From NCBI GenBank assembly GCA_026710055.1, contig JAPORV010000439.1, forward strand, positions 1-61,903: a stretch of 61,903 nt of DNA. The letters run 5' to 3'. Below the pieces are notes generated by a model, which was given only the letters and a program-made list of their open reading frames with translations, was not told the DNA's origin and searched no databases. The stretch is from Aestuariivita sp. GTDB taxonomy: Bacteria; Pseudomonadota; Alphaproteobacteria; Rhodobacterales; Rhodobacteraceae. The position numbers were made by a program, and so were the translations under genes. This document shows, piece by piece, positions 10,601-19,337 of the stretch; positions within the stretch are counted from its first letter, which is position 1, and each line of letters opens with the position of its first letter.

Positions 10601-13600
10601 TACCAACGGTCATGTTCAGACACATCATCGGGCACAAGGGGTGCTGCGGGGTCAAAACGCGCTGCCATAAGCCCCGCAAGACGTTCAGCCACTGCCATCG
10701 CATGCGAATCTCCGACAAAAGCTGAGAGCCGTTGAGAGCCGTCGTTATGTCCTGTCAAGGCCATCCAGTCCGTGCGTTGCCCGACATCATCCGTCGTCAG
10801 CGCCGGCACATACCGGCGAGACGATGTTTTGTCGACGAGATGCTCCAGATCATCGGGCGCCATATCAAGACTGCCGGGTGCCTGCCCCAGACGGATCAGA
10901 TCGGCCACACATGTCGCATGGCCCACACGGCCATAGACCGACAGAGTGTCACGATGCCGGCTCATCGCTACATAGAGGGCATGACGGTGCATTCGGCGAT
11001 GCGCCAAAACAAACACATCGTCCGCCGAGAGCCCTTGCGACTTATGAATGGTCGCAGCATACCCGTAATCCAGATTCATCCACTCGTGTGAATGTAACAA
11101 TGTAATCTCATCATGGCCATCAAAGCGCACATCAAGACGGTCATCATGGGTGGCCACGACGGTCCCGAAGCTGGATGTAGGAATGCCCAGGGATGTCAAT
11201 GCCGCAGTCGCAATCACACGGTCTCCGACGGCGAGCAGGCGATCTGTCGTCAATGGCTGTGGCATGCCATCGTGATCAATCAATGTCCGAATGATGGTGC
11301 CGTACTGACGTTCCGTCCTCGGGTCAAAAACGCGGCGTTCTGAATCTGTATTCTGATGACCAGCAGCGATTGCCCGTAAGGCTTCTGCTTTTGTCAACTG
11401 GCGAATATGATCATTCAAAGCGGCCACATCGCGGTTGGAATAGCCGAGTGCAATGCGGCTTTTCACGTTGTTCTCATCGCCTTCTTCTGTCGTCATACTC
11501 TTTCCCGCCGCGACATAATCACGCGCTAAAGCACTGATGGGATCGGCTAAAACCTCTGAGGTTAACTTCAAACGCCCCGACGCCTCGTAATAGGCAATGG
11601 CATCAGCGATGTTTTTACCACCGCGCGCCAGCTGTCCTGTGGCCAGTTGATCAAAGATGTTCTGTTGCCGTATGACATTATCAATCACGACACTGCCACC
11701 GCTGGCCTGCTCTGCTAATGACCATCCCGGCAAATCCGACACCGGCTGAAGCTGATCAGGATCCCCCACTGTAATCAACTTCCCCCCTAACGCCCACACG
11801 CGGGCTTGAAGGCGGCTCCATTGACCCGCGCCCACCATGCCCGCTTCATCCATGATAAACACAAACGGCTCTGTGGGCACTTCACCGCGCGCCCACCGTG
11901 CTTCCCACATGGCCAACGTGTGCGCCTGTACGCCGCGCAGACCGCGCAGTTCGGCCGTCGCTTTCCCCGATGGTGCGCCCGCCAACACTGTCACACCCCG
12001 TGCCCGCCATTCCGATGCCACGGCCTTTAGCGTAAAGGTTTTGCCTGTGCCCGCTTTTCCCGTCACCATCGTCAGACGCGTCCCGTCCAACATTGCATCC
12101 GCTGCCTCACGTTGCGAGGCATTCAGCGCATCCAAAGCTTTCGGCCGCAAGACCGGGCCGTCCCCCGGCGTAAAATGCGCCGTCGATAATTGAACAGCCG
12201 CGTCGCCAATCTGCAAAAGCTGCTCAGCGCGCGCCATGGTCATATATTGTGGTACACCATCAGGGGTGAGTTGCGAGAGCTTAACAAGTTCTGACGATGT
12301 GAGCACTTGCCGCGCCATCGATGTCACGTCACATTCTGACAGACGATACTCCGTTTTCTCCCGTAACGCCTGACGAACATCGACTTCAGTAAAAACACCT
12401 TGTCGTGCCGCCAGAAGCATTAGAATATGCGCGGGATGATCCTGCAAGAACATCCGGTTCGCTTTTTTTAAGGTCACATCATTCAGTCTGATCTTTGGAA
12501 GTGACGAGACCGCTGCGAGATCAATCGCCGTCGACTCCTCGTCACGATCATCCGATGGAGCGACAAGGAGGGGCGGATCATGTCGTGGCATGTCGTTGTT
12601 CGCGGCGCGATGTGCCGCGATTGACAGTGTTTTTTGCGGATTAAATCCATAATCCATTGCGGCGCGTGGGAGACGCTCTCGCCGGCTGATGGCATTCAGA
12701 ACGTCATAAAGCTGATCGTCATCCGCCGTAACACCCACCATTACATGTGTACGCGCTATCGCCACACCCGCTGCGAGCACCTCGCGATCCATTGTCTGAT
12801 TTGCTAATAAATGCACACGGTCATGCCGACGCCCTGCACTCGCCATGATTGTCGAGGCAAACGCAAAACACCACGTCGGTAGCGGACCATCATTCGGCAC
12901 AAGAATATCGCGCGGATCATCACCGTGCGGACCGGTCACTGTCAGTTTGATCATGCCATTTTCGTCACCCACCACCGTGGCGAGATCGCCGCGATTGATG
13001 CGCGAAGAGTCCTGTGAAGAGGGATCTGCCGTCAGCGCATGGCCCGCACTCAAAAACCGAAGGCGATCATGCGGCTTTAATCCCTTGCAGGCGCCATGTT
13101 CAGGACTGTCAAATGAACGTCGTTCGGGGTCTGATATATCCAACCCCGTGCGGATGGCCACCGTTAAGGCATCCGCATCCGCACGGCTCCAGGCCACCGC
13201 TAATTTGTCATGGCTCCTATCGGCAATATAGGATGTCGCCGTATGAATAACAGCGTCATTCCGTGCTCCCGCCGCCACAATGAGACCGCTATTCACCGCA
13301 TCTTGTAAACCGTTAAACACTTCTTGTGCTGAACACTCCGAATGCAGACAAGCGGCAAGATGCTGTACATCTGCGTGATGAGCACCATGGTGACCATTAA
13401 GACGAGACGATGACGGTAAAGGAGCGGGATCATGGTGCTGACGCGGGTCATCACGCAAGCGCTCTCCCAAACGCTGAAAGACAGGACCTGCGATCGCGGG
13501 TCGGCGATGTGGGTTGACCATCGCAATCAACCGCGATCCTTCAGCCTCAATGCGGGCGAGTACAATATCGGCCATCTTCACACCCAACCCATGCGCGTCG

Positions 13601-16600
13601 TCGAGAATGACCGTCTGTGGTGCCTTAGGATGAGCATTGAGCGAAAGAGGCTGTGACAAATAGGTTGCCAACGTGAGTGCCTCAACGCCTTCAGCCATCA
13701 ATGCCTGTCGACCCGCTTCTGTTGGACTGACAGCGATCACACAGCCGGGCGCTTGTTCAAGGGCGCCTGCAAGTCTTGCAGCCAATCGGGTTTTGCCGGA
13801 CCCGGTGCCACCTTCAATAATATGTAAATCACCACGTGACGGGTTGTTTGGCGATGGCGATCCATCTAACAAGGTGTGAAGAACATGGCGTTGATCCTGG
13901 TCTAATGCGCCTGCAAACTCATCAACATCAATGACTTGTGCATCTAAAAGATGCGGCGTTGATCGCATGGCTAGCGCGAGTCCGCGATCCATCGCGACAA
14001 TCTCGGCAGACAGGTGAGACTGCGTTGTATAAACGCGGGCTTCCGTATCGCCAGGTCGTCCTGATGCTCTCGGCAAATACACAAGATCCTGATGCGACAT
14101 CGCATGAACAAACAACCGCACAAACGTATCAGGATCACGCACCTGCCGCGCCAGCACACCAGCCACTTCTTCAGCAAAGAACACACCCTGTCGAAGAACA
14201 AGATCATCAATGACTCGTTGAGGTTCTCGCGTGTAATCCGCCGTTGTGCCGAAATCAATGTCGGCCAATAACGGATCATTATCCGCATGATCTGCCCCGA
14301 GCAACCCTGCCACTCGCGCCATGACAGACATTAAATACCGATCCTGCGTCATCTTAACGTCGGCTTGTTGTTGCGTTCGTCCGATCCAATCAGAGCGTGA
14401 TAAGACATGATCAGGAGCCGGTAGCGCCACCATCGAGTGATCAGCAACACGGCGTATCTCCTTTGATGGTGCGCTACGGCGCCCTGCCAACTGTATGAGA
14501 TCCTCGATGCTCTCGCAGTGATCCTCCTGTCCATAGACCTGCACATCATGACAATGGCGTGTGAGCGCCACATTGATGCCATACCGATTCATTGAACCAT
14601 GTAACAGCACAAAGGCCTGATCAACCGTCATGCCTTGCGCTTTATGAACGGTCGCTGCATAGCCATGCGTAAAGTAAGGAAACGCGACAGGGTCAATATC
14701 CACATGCTCACCCGAACCGTCCATTTGAAGGGTGATCTGATCAGGCCGAAGAGCGACCACAGTGCCAAAGGATGAGCGGGGGAGATGGGCGTCAGAATAC
14801 GGCATCGTCAACATCACACGATCGCCCACGCCCACGCGAACAAGCTGTTCAGTGCGTGTCGTCACTGTCATCCCATCTGAATCAACAGAACGATTAATAA
14901 TATCAACGGGAAATTCCTGCATTGTGGTGGCATCAACAAAGCCTTGCTTTATCGCTTCAGCTTGAATCGCTTGATTGAGCCTGTCCACATCCGTGTTGGT
15001 GGCTGCCATCGCCAGGCGCGATTCAAAATCAACGATGCCGTCCTCGCGGCGAACGCCATTCACAAAGTCTCGGGCAATAGACTCGATTGGATTGAGCATG
15101 CCAAAGGACAACGCGCCTTTATCGGCATAATGGTGAATCGCTGCCGCAATGCTTGAGTGATCACCTTTTGCTAATGCCGTGGTCGCCGCGCGATCTCCCG
15201 CGTCGTTTTGCCGCTGCACAATGTTTATCACAGACACTACACCGCCGGCGTCACGTACGGATCGTTCGGCTTCTTTCCAGCCGGAAATCTCGTTAATGGG
15301 CTGCAATTGCTCCGGATCGCCAATGGCAATGAGCTTGCCCCCCATCGCCCCGATTTTGGATTGAATCCGCGCCCACTGGCCACTCCCGACCATGCCGGCT
15401 TCATCCATGATAAAGATAAAACCGGCTCCTTCTGACCGCGCTACAGGAACCTGCCCACGCGCCCACCGGCTTTCCCATGCCGAAAGCGTGGCGACCTCAA
15501 CGCCGTCCAGTGTGGAGAGTGCCTGCGTGGCTTTGCCGGACGGGGCACCTGCCAGAACCTCAACACCACGATCCCGCCACACGCGGGCGACTTCCGTGAG
15601 CGTGAATGTTTTGCCGGTTCCAGCATGACCTGTCACGAGGGTTAAGCGCTCTGTATTCAGCATGGCTTCTGCCGCCGCACGTTGACCGTCATTGAGATCA
15701 CGTGACAACCACGGCCGAACATCTCGCGCATGATCAAGAGCATGGCGAACAGCGTCCGGCCCTGCCCGTTGATCCGTGTCATTCAGATCTTTCTTGGATC
15801 CCATCGCCTCCGGTGCCGTCGCGACTTTTATATTACAGCCCCGGCTCACATGATGTGCAAGCGCTTTGCGAAACGCACAGCCGGCAGGACTTGTCGGGGC
15901 ATCACGATCAGGCGCCAATATCACTTCACGGTCTGTTGGGATGGGTGCTGATGTCCACCCCGATACACCAAAAACCGCCCAGGTTTCGTACCCGGTCGCT
16001 TGCCAGATCGAGAGCGCGCTTTCCGGCCCTTCGGCAATCACCAACGGCGTGTGTGCCCGCTCCACTGAAACCGCTGGAAACCGGGCGACGGATCCACTGA
16101 TTTGACCAAACGACGGCTTCCGCACATCACGATCTGGCTTTGTCCCATCAGGATTGACAAGAATACGTTGCCCGCCTGTGATCATGCCCTTTTCATTATA
16201 TGCCCACACGATCAGCGCGTCATCGTCTGATCCAATCAAACCCCGCGGGAATGTCTGTTGTCCTTGCCCGGTCATCCAACTAAGGCCTGTTGCAGGAACC
16301 GTTTGAATACCGCGCGACTTTAAATACGTCGCCGCGGAACACGCCGGAACATGCGAAGAACCTATCTGTGCGACATCATCGCTCGTGTTCAATTCTGTCG
16401 CCAAAGCCTGAACATCTTTGACAAGCGCATCCCGTCGCCTGCGTTCCTGTTTTTCCTCTTCCCGAGCGTTACGTTCCCGTTGGATGCGTCGACGTTCCAA
16501 CTGCTCCATCGCCTGTTTGGTGGGCTGCAACTCCCCTCGACTCATGCCACAAAACTGTATCGCGTGTTCCATCACACGCGGGAAGTCTTGCCGTGCGGAC

Positions 16601-18276
16601 TCGAGCCCCAGAAAATGGGTTGCAATAAGATCAAACAAATCGCCCCCTAACCCCGCAGAGTGATCCCGCCACAGTCCGCGCTTGGCGCCATGAACCTGCA
16701 TCGCTATCGCCATGTTATCTTTTGCCCGCCATTCTGTACCACTTTTACGGACAGGTGCGCCAAAAGCGAGGCGAAAGAGATTTTCCGCCTGTGCATCCAG
16801 TGCCGCGCGCACCACCGCCGCAGACGGACGTGCATAACGCGATTGAGCCACGATATCCGGCGTGTGTGATGTTGATGACATCGCACTCAAGTTCTCACTA
16901 GTCGGCGTTGAATTCACCCAGGTGTCCGCGTGCGTGTAAGCAACGACATCCACATGTATAGGCCCGCTCCCCATCTCCAACCCATCCGGTATGGGGCCTT
17001 TGGTGGCGTGCGAAACAGATGCGGTCGATCCGTCTTTCTCATTCTTCCCCACTTGCGTTCCGTCCAGCGGTGTCGAATGATTAAGGTTAACCGTTTGCCC
17101 TTTTCCGATTCGGATGATCTTCTCATCAGCCGCCCAGGTGTCTTCCAGTTGGCTCCCTTGCAATCGCGCGGCATCAATCGCCACCTGCTGAATAAGTCCC
17201 GCTTTACCAACGGTGATATAGATTTTTTCAGGACCGTCTTTTCCGATTACCGGCAGTAAACGATCTGACGACATGGCGCGGTCGGTCAGGTCAGCCAATT
17301 CGTCTTTGTCATTCTCAAGAGACAGATCAAGTCGCTTGGCAAAGGCCGCCTCAACATGAGTCCGACCAAAAGTCGCACGGTCAATTTGAACCATCGTCAG
17401 GATATGTTCAGGATCATCCCTGAGCATTTGCTGGTTCTTTCGACGGGTCTCTTCATACCGTTCGCGATCCCGTTGAACATCACCCTTTGCATCCGCCTGC
17501 GGCGTATACTGAAGGTTCCAGTTTTCCGGTTTGATCTTGGGTTCAACCCCGAGTTCTTCTTGCTGTGCCGCCAATGTTCTATGGTCAATCCGCTCGTCAA
17601 AACCCTCGCGCTCCAGCATGATATTGGCGTGCTTTGTCCATGTCGCCCGTTGTTCACGCAAAACACTCACACTATTCCATTCTCGTGCTTTATACTGATC
17701 CCACGATAAGTCATTCAGCCGGCGCAGCGTCACCATAATATGCGCGTGCGGATTGCCTTTTCCCGTATCATGAAGAACCCAATCAGCGACCATACCGTGA
17801 GATGTAAAGGCCTCTTTGACATACCCTTGAACCAGTTCAATATGGCATTCTCTGCTCAGCATTGCCGGCAACGCCAGGGTGATGCTTCGCGCCATTTGAG
17901 CACGATTTTTAAATTTGTTGAAGGTGTCTTCGCCGGTATCAACCGACTGCCAAAGACGTTCGGATAGCTCGGCCCATGTGTTTAATTCGAGTTCCGTTTT
18001 GGTGAAATTATCATCATGTAGATGATGGTCATAGAGAAGATCAGCATATGTCTGCTGAAAGGCGGATGGCCCAAACGCATTGACCGCCCATGCCGGTGCG
18101 TTTGCCGGTACAGCGATTTCCGCATGCGTTAATTCGGGTAATTTTGAGCTGAAGTCTTTTGTGGCTTCCCCTGCCCGATTCATCATTTTCGTCGCATGAC
18201 GATACGCAGCCGCAGTCAGCGCAGATTGGTTTTTTCCGCGCGAAATCACATCAACATGATGATGCGGGCTTGACAT
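7609..18276 (-). CDS. traA: Giant multidomain conjugative relaxase TraA (MOBQ MobA/MobL relaxase + primase-like Toprim domain + duplicated RecD-like helicase modules + unknown C-terminal domain)
   Basis: This is a 3555-aa uninterrupted ORF. The N-terminus has VISRGKNQSALTAAAYRH (catalytic Tyr region) and NPHAHIMVT (His motif). Around aa 490-850 lie GGDLFDL and VIAEGPESALSIW...ILAPDRDA...DLNDT (Toprim-like). Four Walker A sites occur, with lysines near aa 889 (GHAGTGKTF), 1495 (GGTGSGKTR), 2079 (GKAGTGKTF) and 2702 (GDAGSGKTH). The helicase motif YAATVHKAQGMT / YAATIHKSQGLS appears twice. Confidence 0.9.
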   Translation of the reverse strand: MSSPHHHVDVISRGKNQSALTAAAYRHATKMMNRAGEATKDFSSKLPELTHAEIAVPANAPAWAVNAFGPSAFQQTYADLLYDHHLHDDNFTKTELELNTWAELSERLWQSVDTGEDTFNKFKNRAQMARSITLALPAMLSRECHIELVQGYVKEAFTSHGMVADWVLHDTGKGNPHAHIMVTLRRLNDLSWDQYKAREWNSVSVLREQRATWTKHANIMLEREGFDERIDHRTLAAQQEELGVEPKIKPENWNLQYTPQADAKGDVQRDRERYEETRRKNQQMLRDDPEHILTMVQIDRATFGRTHVEAAFAKRLDLSLENDKDELADLTDRAMSSDRLLPVIGKDGPEKIYITVGKAGLIQQVAIDAARLQGSQLEDTWAADEKIIRIGKGQTVNLNHSTPLDGTQVGKNEKDGSTASVSHATKGPIPDGLEMGSGPIHVDVVAYTHADTWVNSTPTSENLSAMSSTSHTPDIVAQSRYARPSAAVVRAALDAQAENLFRLAFGAPVRKSGTEWRAKDNMAIAMQVHGAKRGLWRDHSAGLGGDLFDLIATHFLGLESARQDFPRVMEHAIQFCGMSRGELQPTKQAMEQLERRRIQRERNAREEEKQERRRRDALVKDVQALATELNTSDDVAQIGSSHVPACSAATYLKSRGIQTVPATGLSWMTGQGQQTFPRGLIGSDDDALIVWAYNEKGMITGGQRILVNPDGTKPDRDVRKPSFGQISGSVARFPAVSVERAHTPLVIAEGPESALSIWQATGYETWAVFGVSGWTSAPIPTDREVILAPDRDAPTSPAGCAFRKALAHHVSRGCNIKVATAPEAMGSKKDLNDTDQRAGPDAVRHALDHARDVRPWLSRDLNDGQRAAAEAMLNTERLTLVTGHAGTGKTFTLTEVARVWRDRGVEVLAGAPSGKATQALSTLDGVEVATLSAWESRWARGQVPVARSEGAGFIFIMDEAGMVGSGQWARIQSKIGAMGGKLIAIGDPEQLQPINEISGWKEAERSVRDAGGVVSVINIVQRQNDAGDRAATTALAKGDHSSIAAAIHHYADKGALSFGMLNPIESIARDFVNGVRREDGIVDFESRLAMAATNTDVDRLNQAIQAEAIKQGFVDATTMQEFPVDIINRSVDSDGMTVTTRTEQLVRVGVGDRVMLTMPYSDAHLPRSSFGTVVALRPDQITLQMDGSGEHVDIDPVAFPYFTHGYAATVHKAQGMTVDQAFVLLHGSMNRYGINVALTRHCHDVQVYGQEDHCESIEDLIQLAGRRSAPSKEIRRVADHSMVALPAPDHVLSRSDWIGRTQQQADVKMTQDRYLMSVMARVAGLLGADHADNDPLLADIDFGTTADYTREPQRVIDDLVLRQGVFFAEEVAGVLARQVRDPDTFVRLFVHAMSHQDLVYLPRASGRPGDTEARVYTTQSHLSAEIVAMDRGLALAMRSTPHLLDAQVIDVDEFAGALDQDQRHVLHTLLDGSPSPNNPSRGDLHIIEGGTGSGKTRLAARLAGALEQAPGCVIAVSPTEAGRQALMAEGVEALTLATYLSQPLSLNAHPKAPQTVILDDAHGLGVKMADIVLARIEAEGSRLIAMVNPHRRPAIAGPVFQRLGERLRDDPRQHHDPAPLPSSSRLNGHHGAHHADVQHLAACLHSECSAQEVFNGLQDAVNSGLIVAAGARNDAVIHTATSYIADRSHDKLAVAWSRADADALTVAIRTGLDISDPERRSFDSPEHGACKGLKPHDRLRFLSAGHALTADPSSQDSSRINRGDLATVVGDENGMIKLTVTGPHGDDPRDILVPNDGPLPTWCFAFASTIMASAGRRHDRVHLLANQTMDREVLAAGVAIARTHVMVGVTADDDQLYDVLNAISRRERLPRAAMDYGFNPQKTLSIAAHRAANNDMPRHDPPLLVAPSDDRDEESTAIDLAAVSSLPKIRLNDVTLKKANRMFLQDHPAHILMLLAARQGVFTEVDVRQALREKTEYRLSECDVTSMARQVLTSSELVKLSQLTPDGVPQYMTMARAEQLLQIGDAAVQLSTAHFTPGDGPVLRPKALDALNASQREAADAMLDGTRLTMVTGKAGTGKTFTLKAVASEWRARGVTVLAGAPSGKATAELRGLRGVQAHTLAMWEARWARGEVPTEPFVFIMDEAGMVGAGQWSRLQARVWALGGKLITVGDPDQLQPVSDLPGWSLAEQASGGSVVIDNVIRQQNIFDQLATGQLARGGKNIADAIAYYEASGRLKLTSEVLADPISALARDYVAAGKSMTTEEGDENNVKSRIALGYSNRDVAALNDHIRQLTKAEALRAIAAGHQNTDSERRVFDPRTERQYGTIIRTLIDHDGMPQPLTTDRLLAVGDRVIATAALTSLGIPTSSFGTVVATHDDRLDVRFDGHDEITLLHSHEWMNLDYGYAATIHKSQGLSADDVFVLAHRRMHRHALYVAMSRHRDTLSVYGRVGHATCVADLIRLGQAPGSLDMAPDDLEHLVDKTSSRRYVPALTTDDVGQRTDWMALTGHNDGSQRLSAFVGDSHAMAVAERLAGLMAARFDPAAPLVPDDVSEHDRWYLSDPTQVVDDLLQRSSVIRADDIAERLARVVTDPETFLRLFAQALAHKDVVMLSECDQNGVPVYSTKTQVNRDVRAVDLGTQLAVSAVSPTAPSADFDAIIRNDWQLKQRVDLQNTDAHRQALVWGMTPTRLRLVRGDAGSGKTHIASDLAHLHAQAGWNVVTVAPTGSGCTALKTAGVSRPMTMRRFLTLTGPASDASRTDPVLTANTVVILDDATRLAGTDVTTLLTRVDQSGAKLVAMLGGDEQQPLGAGPIMRALDMRVGSLTIGHDQVRAPWRADVLSHVLNGGAMADAAISDLRDHEALVAGTNARQAITAMAHSYITDPSTDKIALTWSRADAIAVTNAIRTALDDILPERQKRPRARHDAIKDLKVGDRLRFIAGTAWVPPRQQTPAWHAQRIMVGDHAEVMGFDARTDALRLQVTARDGQSSREVVIPARQHDTLPQWTFAFAGTIHGEGAQVRKSVHLLASPGMTRQVFAAGIAAHQEQLKVIVPSSDQRMEEVLQRIHRRNGRAESVLDYGFDVTQGARAAVQALQQGRGRDAQVGDRTAGWAAAFGRLGAIVGFRRTVTEPSPPSHVTQQVLAEVMGAVSAWETDHNCRVTAQDRIALEHYVRRVSQPRAWRKLLRQVPSRLSRAADDHARSVVGSSAGQGGNSETQAIARYLARGASAAQALGEDTVADIFERALQRFGEHMTRTRIAGRENDVKEMDDTAINQREPHSPQQALQLAVAISERIDAHHPIHQCDLVGEIATLLPQAEVLSEVDRAKVNSLCHTLARDRVIFDAKRTLARELVATDPRGPLAQSFNEDIFMAVEGPRPVNLQHPLEFQHNSVKEEYDRRVPEVVKVVAKSKLHPTAMERAAAHVIYSVEKGSGDDALGQVLRDVFKQGSLPSAKAFMQERTQLLMDIPAITKVKDEQTARAMLKRVFRSFTHREIMAFAHSTSDDGQGRAIADGLKRLTRGSRYGFAAWTPAVKQLARQLHPKRARTRSQGLEL

Positions 18277-18347
18277 TGATTTGTTAGGGGTGACTCACAA
18301 TTTGGAAAATGGATGACTTGCCGTTAGCATACAGATGACAAAAAAAA

Positions 18348-18416
18348 TCGCAAGATTTTTTTTGTATAATCGTGCCATCCGAGATTTTTTTGGCCTATCC
18401 TGCCAAAAAAATCTCG
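18348..18416. promoter_or_regulatory. Candidate oriT (two inverted repeats flanking a TATAATCGTGCC nic-like core)
   Basis: IR1 is acaaaaaaaatc/gattttttttgt (18348..18359 and 18364..18375). It is followed immediately by ataatcgtgccatc. IR2 is a perfect 15-bp repeat, cgagatttttttggc/gccaaaaaaatctcg (18380..18394 and 18402..18416). The site lies just upstream of traA, the usual oriT position for MOBQ/Ti-type systems. Confidence 0.4.
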
Positions 18417-18885
18417 TTTCCCATGGATTTCTGCTCAATACCACGTTCCAGCGCAATAAAAAAAGCTGAATTTGACAGAATCTTCAGTCAAATAGAGAGA
18501 AAGATGGGGCATTTGGCGACATTGCCAAGACTGGCAAAATGACCAGAATTGACGAAATTAAAAAATAGGCGAAATCGCCAGAATTATTGACATTTCAGGA
18601 TGTCTGATGCGGCATGAACATGACTTCAATCTATCCAAAAGATTGGATTGAAGAAAACATACACATTAAAAATTAATCCCGCTAAAAGCGGATAGAAAAT
18701 AAAAAACTTAGGAAATGATTTCACAAAGCGATTTCAAATAATAAAAATAGTCGTAGAGTGCATTCTTTCTTTTCAAATAGTAACTACACCTGTTTTAACG
18801 CCGCTTCGACATTCACAGCGCAAATGAATTAGGTTAAAAAGATATTTTTCTTGCAAGATCAATCTCAAAGATTTACATAACGAAA

Positions 18886-19200
18886 ATGAATGACCTTAAT
18901 AATCGAGATCATGAACTGGATAAACGGTTAGCCGTCATGGAGGAACGCATGAATACGTTGAACGCAGAAAATACCAGTGCACAAGAACGGCTTAATGCGA
19001 CCTTGGAACGATTTCGTACTGATATGGCCAATTCAAAAACTGATGCCGAACGGCGCGACAAGGAGGCCGAAAAGCGCGACAAAGAAGCCGCGCGCCGTGA
19101 AACGGCCAATACCCGGTGGATCATGGCCAGCATCCTGGCCGCAGCGGGGTTGATTGTCATTATTCTGGGCTTTATGCTTCGTTTACCTGTTGCCTCTTAA
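18886..19200 (+). CDS. Small tail-anchored coiled-coil membrane protein (family B, copy 1 of 4)
   Basis: 104 aa. It has MNDLNN..LAVMEERMN..ERLNATLERFRTDM, charged RRDKEAEKRDKEAARRE repeats and a C-terminal TM segment (WIMASILAAAGLIVIILGF). It is a paralog of 48086..48331, 49498..49689 and 51687..52019. A TTGCAA-N17-TACATA element lies upstream. Confidence 0.7.
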   Translation: MNDLNNRDHELDKRLAVMEERMNTLNAENTSAQERLNATLERFRTDMANSKTDAERRDKEAEKRDKEAARRETANTRWIMASILAAAGLIVIILGFMLRLPVAS

Positions 19201-19337
19201 TTCGTCTTAAAAGGCTTTAACGGTCATGTCATAAATTAGTTCGTCTCACGAAACAGAAAAAGCCCTATTGATCTGTTGGTCTAGAATAAAACCCTTTTCC
19301 AAAACTTGCCAATTCTGGTGTGAGTTGAAATAACACT

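Noticed and set aside
7609-18276. Dozens of 60-130-aa ORFs on both strands inside traA (for example 8785..9114, 10732..11091, 11837..12193, 12845..13231, 13971..14288, 15702..16100, 16914..17210).
   Set aside because: They lie entirely within a 10.7-kb ORF that has clear domain motifs. Their Arg/Pro/Ser/Ala-rich compositions are typical of off-frame translation of GC-rich coding DNA. None has an independent motif.
18850-18863. The 13-nt string ttgcaagatcaat shared between 18851..18863 (promoter region of the family-B gene) and 29249..29261.
   Set aside because: The string is too short to distinguish from chance in AT-rich DNA, and the flanks do not align.
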